NCBI RefSeq assembly: GCF_000018685.1
Contig: NC_010001.1
Coordinates: 2,466,258 to 2,530,257 of the forward strand
Origin: Lachnoclostridium phytofermentans ISDg
GTDB lineage: Bacteria; Bacillota; Clostridia; Lachnospirales; Lachnospiraceae
DNA length: 64,000 bases
Direction of reading: 5' to 3'
The position numbers and the translations under genes are program-made. Positions 59,764-64,000 of the stretch are shown in pieces (positions within the stretch are counted from its first letter, which is position 1; each line of letters opens with the position of its first letter). The notes under the pieces are model-generated. The model had not been told where the DNA came from and made no database searches. It saw only the letters and a program-made list of their open reading frames with translations.

Positions 59764-61095
59764 ATGAAAGTAGTAGTTGTAGGATGTACTCATGCTGGCA
59801 CAGCAACAGTTGTTAATTTAAAGGAACTTCATCCAGATAGTGAAATCACAATTTATGAGAAGAATGATAACATATCTTTTTTATCATGCGGTATCGCATT
59901 GAATGTAGGAAAGGTAATTAAGGATACTAATAGTTTGTTTTATAATTCACCAGAAAATCTTAACAAATCAGGTGTCATTACTAAAATGAAGCATGAAGTA
60001 TTGGATATAGATTTTGAAAATAAAGTCCTAAAAGTAAAAAATTTAGTAACAGGAGAGACTTTTGAGGATAGCTATGACAAGCTAGTTTTAACACTCGGAT
60101 CTTGGCCAATCGTACCAAAGTTTGAGGGAGGAGAACTAGAGAATATCGAGTTATGCAAAAATCATGACCATGCTTTAAGAATCATTGAAAAATCTCAAAA
60201 TGCATCCAATGTTGTTATCATCGGTGCAGGATATATTGGCGTTGAATTAGTAGAAGCATTTGAGGTACTAGGTAAAAAAGTAACTCTTATCGATGCAGAG
60301 CAAAGAATCCTTCCAAAATACTTAGATAAGGATTTTACCGATATTGCAGAAAATGAATTTACATCTCGTGGCGTTCAATTAGTATTAGGTGAAAAAGTGA
60401 ATAAATTCCTTGGTGAGGATGGAAAAGTTAATCAGGTAGTTACAGAGAATGGTACTTATGATGCTGATTTAGTAATTCTATGCATAGGATTTGCTCCTAG
60501 TACAAAATTAGTACAAGGAAAACTTGATACCTTACCAAATGGTGCGATTATTATTGATGAATATATGAGAACAAGCCAGGAAGATGTATTTGCAGCTGGC
60601 GACTGCTGTGTTGTTAAATTCAATCCTTCTGGAGATTATCGTTATATTCCTCTAGCTACCAATGCAGTTAGAATGGGTACATTAGTTGCAAGAAATATAA
60701 ATAAACCTACGATTAAGTATATGGGGACTCAGGGAACTTCGGGTATTAAAATTTATGATTATAACATCGCTTCTACAGGATTAACAGTGGAAGTAGCAAG
60801 AACGACAACCACAATGAATGTCGCTAGTGTATCCGTAACAGATAATTATAGACCAGAATTTATGCCGACCTTTGAACCTGCAACAATAAATCTTGTCTAT
60901 GATACAGATACTAGAAGAATTCTAGGTGGACAGATTATTTCGAAGATTGACTTAACTCAATATATGAATACACTTTCTGTTGTAATTCAAAACAATATGA
61001 CAGTGGAAGAACTTGCAATGACAGATTTCTTTTTCCAACCACATTTTAATAAGCCATGGAGTTTATTAAATACGGTTGCATTAAAAGCATTGTAA
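59764..61095 (+). CDS. nox: FAD-dependent NADH oxidase (H2O-forming Nox; pyridine nucleotide-disulfide oxidoreductase class)
   Basis: VVVVGCTHAG dinucleotide fold and SFLSCG redox-active Cys42 motif. 443 aa with no rhodanese extension. Confidence 0.8.
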   Translation: MKVVVVGCTHAGTATVVNLKELHPDSEITIYEKNDNISFLSCGIALNVGKVIKDTNSLFYNSPENLNKSGVITKMKHEVLDIDFENKVLKVKNLVTGETFEDSYDKLVLTLGSWPIVPKFEGGELENIELCKNHDHALRIIEKSQNASNVVIIGAGYIGVELVEAFEVLGKKVTLIDAEQRILPKYLDKDFTDIAENEFTSRGVQLVLGEKVNKFLGEDGKVNQVVTENGTYDADLVILCIGFAPSTKLVQGKLDTLPNGAIIIDEYMRTSQEDVFAAGDCCVVKFNPSGDYRYIPLATNAVRMGTLVARNINKPTIKYMGTQGTSGIKIYDYNIASTGLTVEVARTTTTMNVASVSVTDNYRPEFMPTFEPATINLVYDTDTRRILGGQIISKIDLTQYMNTLSVVIQNNMTVEELAMTDFFFQPHFNKPWSLLNTVALKAL

Positions 61096-61194
61096 AAGCA
61101 TAATAAATAATTCGATGCTCTAAGACATTGTAATAGCGCAAGAAATATTCCTTAATGAAAATAACACTTTTTTACTCTTACCTATAGGGACTAA

Positions 61195-61578
61195 CAATCC
61201 TTTCAACATGGTGACTACCACATCGGAAATATGATGATAGAAAATGGTAAACTTGTTATCATTGATTTTGACCGTTATGATTTTGGCGACCCATGGGAAG
61301 AATTTAATCGTATTGTATGGTGTGCACAGTCAAGTCCGCATTTTGCTACAGGACAACTAAATGGCTACTTCGGTGGAGAACCACCAATGGAGTTTTTTAA
61401 ACTACTTGCTTTATACATTGCAAGTAATACATTATCGTCAATTTACTGGGCTATTCCTCTTGGACAAAATGATATTGATATCATGATGAAACAATCGCAA
61501 GATGTTCTTATGTGGTATAACGATATGCAAAACCCAGTACCAACATGGTATCAGGCTTGCAAAAAAATGTTGAAGTAA
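61195..61578 (+). pseudogene. 5'-truncated fragment of an APH/choline-kinase-family phosphotransferase gene
   Basis: Frame opens at 61195 without a start codon. Encodes QHGDYHIGNMMIENGKLVIIDFDRYDFGDPWEEF (catalytic HGDxHxGN loop plus IDFD) and the C-terminal tail only. Confidence 0.6.
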
Positions 61579-61760
61579 GAAATAAAAACTATAATATTAT
61601 GGCAAAATAGGATATATGTGATTTTCTATATGACAAGGGATAAGAAAAAGGTTACTTTGTTAACTTTTCCTTACTATGAATTAGGTTTAAAAATCGATAT
61701 ATCGAAGAAAAGTAGATGAATATGAGAATAATACAATAATAGATTAAGGAATGTGTGCTC

Positions 61761-62474
61761 ATGAGTAAAAGTACCCGAAGAGGTTATGCAGAAAAGGATG
61801 AGATTGAATTTGGATGTGATTGGATTCAAAAATTAAGCATTGCTTCACAAGAATTAAACTATCTATTAGATCGAGGGTATCCTACAAAAGGTGCAGCTAC
61901 CTTTATCGGAAACCATTACATGCTATCAGAACGACAACGTCTTGCAATAATGAGAGCAGTATCATCACCGAATGATATACTATTAAGAAAAAGTAAGCAC
62001 ATTCCCTTAGAAGAACTCTCCAATACTGAGGTTCATATCGATGCATTTAATACAATAATAACGTTAGAAGTGGCACTTTCGAACTCCTTGTTACTTGAGT
62101 GTATGGATTCTACGATAAGGGATTTAGCAGGTCTTCGTGGAACTTATCATGTAATTGATAAAACAGAACAAGCGATTCATTTATTGTTTCGTCAGCTTTG
62201 GAACAGTAAGGTTGGGAAAGTAATCTTTTATATTGATTCGCCAGTTTCTAATTCAGGCAGATTAAAAAGTCTTATTATGGAGATATCTGCTGATTATGCC
62301 ATATTAACAGAAGCAATCGTATTACATGATGTAGATAAAACACTAGAGACAAAACCTTATGTAATCACAAGTGATGCAATTATTCTTAATAAGTGTCTTA
62401 GCTGGGTTAATTTAAATAGAGTAATTATTAATGAGCATATACCAAATGCATGGTATGTTAAGTTCCCCTTTTGA
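61761..62474 (+). CDS. Hypothetical protein (two-domain; C-terminal region possibly PIN/NYN-like)
   Basis: RBS aaggaatg before the ATG at 61761. No confident family assignment from sequence alone. Confidence 0.5.
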   Translation: MSKSTRRGYAEKDEIEFGCDWIQKLSIASQELNYLLDRGYPTKGAATFIGNHYMLSERQRLAIMRAVSSPNDILLRKSKHIPLEELSNTEVHIDAFNTIITLEVALSNSLLLECMDSTIRDLAGLRGTYHVIDKTEQAIHLLFRQLWNSKVGKVIFYIDSPVSNSGRLKSLIMEISADYAILTEAIVLHDVDKTLETKPYVITSDAIILNKCLSWVNLNRVIINEHIPNAWYVKFPF

Positions 62475-62837
62475 AAATGTTCTCTTGCAAGAGATGTGAG
62501 AAGACGATGGTTGGTCGTTATGTTGGATAAATCATAGTCAATATGTAGTTTTGCTTATACTAATGTAATTAATTAAACTTCTTTATTTTAATTCAATAGA
62601 TGAAAAATTGGCGGGGAAGATAGAATCTACCGCCTATTTTTGGTATAAATTTTCTATACTGTTTCGTGTTAGAAATCTACTATTTTTGTTCATTCTATAA
62701 TCTAAACCAAATCTTCCGGTTAACTAGTCGTTTTATTATTTCTCAGTAATCCATTTATTGATAGGGGTATATGCATCCAGGATGGGCGCAATCTAAAATG
62801 TGAAAATCTTGAATTCTGTAAACTGTCATCCGCTTAC

Positions 62838-62925
62838 CATAGGACTATGAAGTTACTTATATCTAGTATTAAAAAACACATCATAGGAATACGAAGTTAC
62901 TTGCATCTGGCATTAAAAAACATAT
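62838..62925. repeat. Two tandem ~43-bp direct repeats upstream of ftsH
   Basis: cataggactatgaagttacttatatctagtattaaaaaacacat / cataggaatacgaagttacttgcatctggcattaaaaaacatat. Confidence 0.7.
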
Positions 62926-63018
62926 TATCCAAATATAATTTGTAGATATTTGTAAATATATATCTTATAATAACGGAAGAAGCTTTTTGGTATCCGTGAA
63001 ACCATAGGAGGTTACGAT

Positions 63019-64000
63019 ATGAAGAAACTATATTGGATTATCCTGATAGCAGTTGTTCTTGCATGTTCAGGTATTTTGATGTCCCTCCATCTGTCTGTAA
63101 CGAAAGAGGAGATGACCTACCCCTCTTTTTTAGATGCTGTAAACCAAAATCAGGTAGCATCCGTTCAATTTAAAGAAAATGACAGTACTTTAAAGGTAAT
63201 TTTAAATTCAGATAAGGATACAACTTATATTGTTCCGAACCCAAAGACAGAGAATTTTACAGAATTCTTATTACTTAGGAATATTAAAGTCGACAACAGT
63301 GACTCTTATTCCGCAACTAAGGTAATTCAGATCATACTAATAATTACTGTCGGAACAGGTGTGTTTTTATTCATTAGAACAAGCGGTGGTAAAGATAAAC
63401 CTTTAATGAAAGATGCAGCAAAAAATAAAAAAGCTGAAAATAGAGTGAAGCTTGGTGATGTCGCTGGTAATGCTGAAGCAAAATCCATGGTGGGTGATAT
63501 CATTGATTTTATTAAAGAACCTGAAAAGTATAGTGCACTTGGAGCCAGAATGCCAAAAGGGGTAATGCTCTATGGCCCTCCTGGAACTGGAAAGACATTA
63601 ATTGCAAAAGCCATTGCAACAGAAGCTGGTGTACCTTTTTATGCTATGAGCGGTTCCGATTTCGTACAGATGTATGTGGGTGTCGGGGCAAGTCGTATCC
63701 GTACATTATTTAATAAAGCAAAAAAAAGTGAAAAAGCTGTTATCTTCATAGATGAAATTGATGCAATAGGTAAGAAGAGAGCCAGAAGTACCTCAGCTAG
63801 TAATGATGAACGCGACCAAACCTTAAATGCCTTGTTAACCGAAATGTCTGGTTTCCATGAAAATAAAGGTATCGTCGTTATTGGTGCAACAAACCGTTTG
63901 GATACATTAGACGAAGCCTTATTACGTCCAGGCCGATTTGACAGACAAATTGAAGTTGGTTTGCCAGATATACTTGCAAGAAAAAAGATACTTAAGCTAT
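63019..64000 (+). CDS. ftsH: ATP-dependent zinc metalloprotease FtsH, 3' end outside window
   Basis: N-terminal TM helix, periplasmic region, second TM helix, then an AAA module ([16 protein letters not shown], second region of homology). RBS ggagg. Confidence 0.9.
   Translation, partial: MKKLYWIILIAVVLACSGILMSLHLSVTKEEMTYPSFLDAVNQNQVASVQFKENDSTLKVILNSDKDTTYIVPNPKTENFTEFLLLRNIKVDNSDSYSATKVIQIILIITVGTGVFLFIRTSGGKDKPLMKDAAKNKKAENRVKLGDVAGNAEAKSMVGDIIDFIKEPEKYSALGARMPKGVMLYGPPGTGKTLIAKAIATEAGVPFYAMSGSDFVQMYVGVGASRIRTLFNKAKKSEKAVIFIDEIDAIGKKRARSTSASNDERDQTLNALLTEMSGFHENKGIVVIGATNRLDTLDEALLRPGRFDRQIEVGLPDILARKKILKL

Noticed and set aside
1-64000. Search for tRNA, rRNA, tmRNA and known riboswitch cores (T-box, SAM, preQ1, purine, c-di-GMP, fluoride).
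   Set aside because: No cloverleaf-compatible segments or conserved riboswitch cores were recognised by eye. Rfam or tRNAscan would be needed to exclude small RNAs.

Overview
Low-GC Firmicutes chromosome segment, Clostridia-like by codon usage and gene content. It is mostly housekeeping and carbohydrate genes with several accessory-looking stretches. In order: the 5'-truncated end of an opp peptide ABC transporter (oppF, oppA); a DEAD-box helicase with a repeat-encoded Lys-rich tail; a YciI-like gene convergent on an NlpC/P60-SH3b cell-wall hydrolase; a lipoprotein; and an MscL channel fused to a zinc ribbon. Then a DbpA/YxiN-type helicase and a three-component sugar-sensing system of the XylFII-LytS-YesN kind (AraC-type response regulator, YesM-type kinase, membrane-anchored binding protein) next to a CUT2 sugar ABC transporter. 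An accessory-looking stretch follows: a decayed ABC ATPase remnant, two tandem paralogous serpin lipoproteins with divergent reactive-centre loops, a small Cys-rich gene, a GyrI-like hypothetical, and a frameshifted membrane/DUF4176-like gene. Next are padR behind a perfect 21-bp palindromic operator, fRMsr, a GNAT remnant, and an Lsa-like ARE ABC-F ATPase preceded by a 19-codon leader peptide and hairpin. Then ogg, a large flotillin, split lacL/lacM (GH2), an aldo/keto reductase, a GH43 xylosidase and a secreted Gly-rich repeat protein. The most coherent system is a 5'-deoxynucleoside/MTA salvage locus (DHAP-shunt type): DeoR regulator, class II aldolase, PNP-family phosphorylase, MtnA-like isomerase, a BMP-family nucleoside ABC transporter and an MtaD-type deaminase. 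The remainder is a MerR/GyrI regulator, a GNAT-WYL-RidA module, queG, NADH oxidase, an APH-family remnant and the 5' part of ftsH. No rRNA, tRNA or CRISPR array was seen. All coordinates and calls are from reading the sequence and motif recall only; no database search was run.
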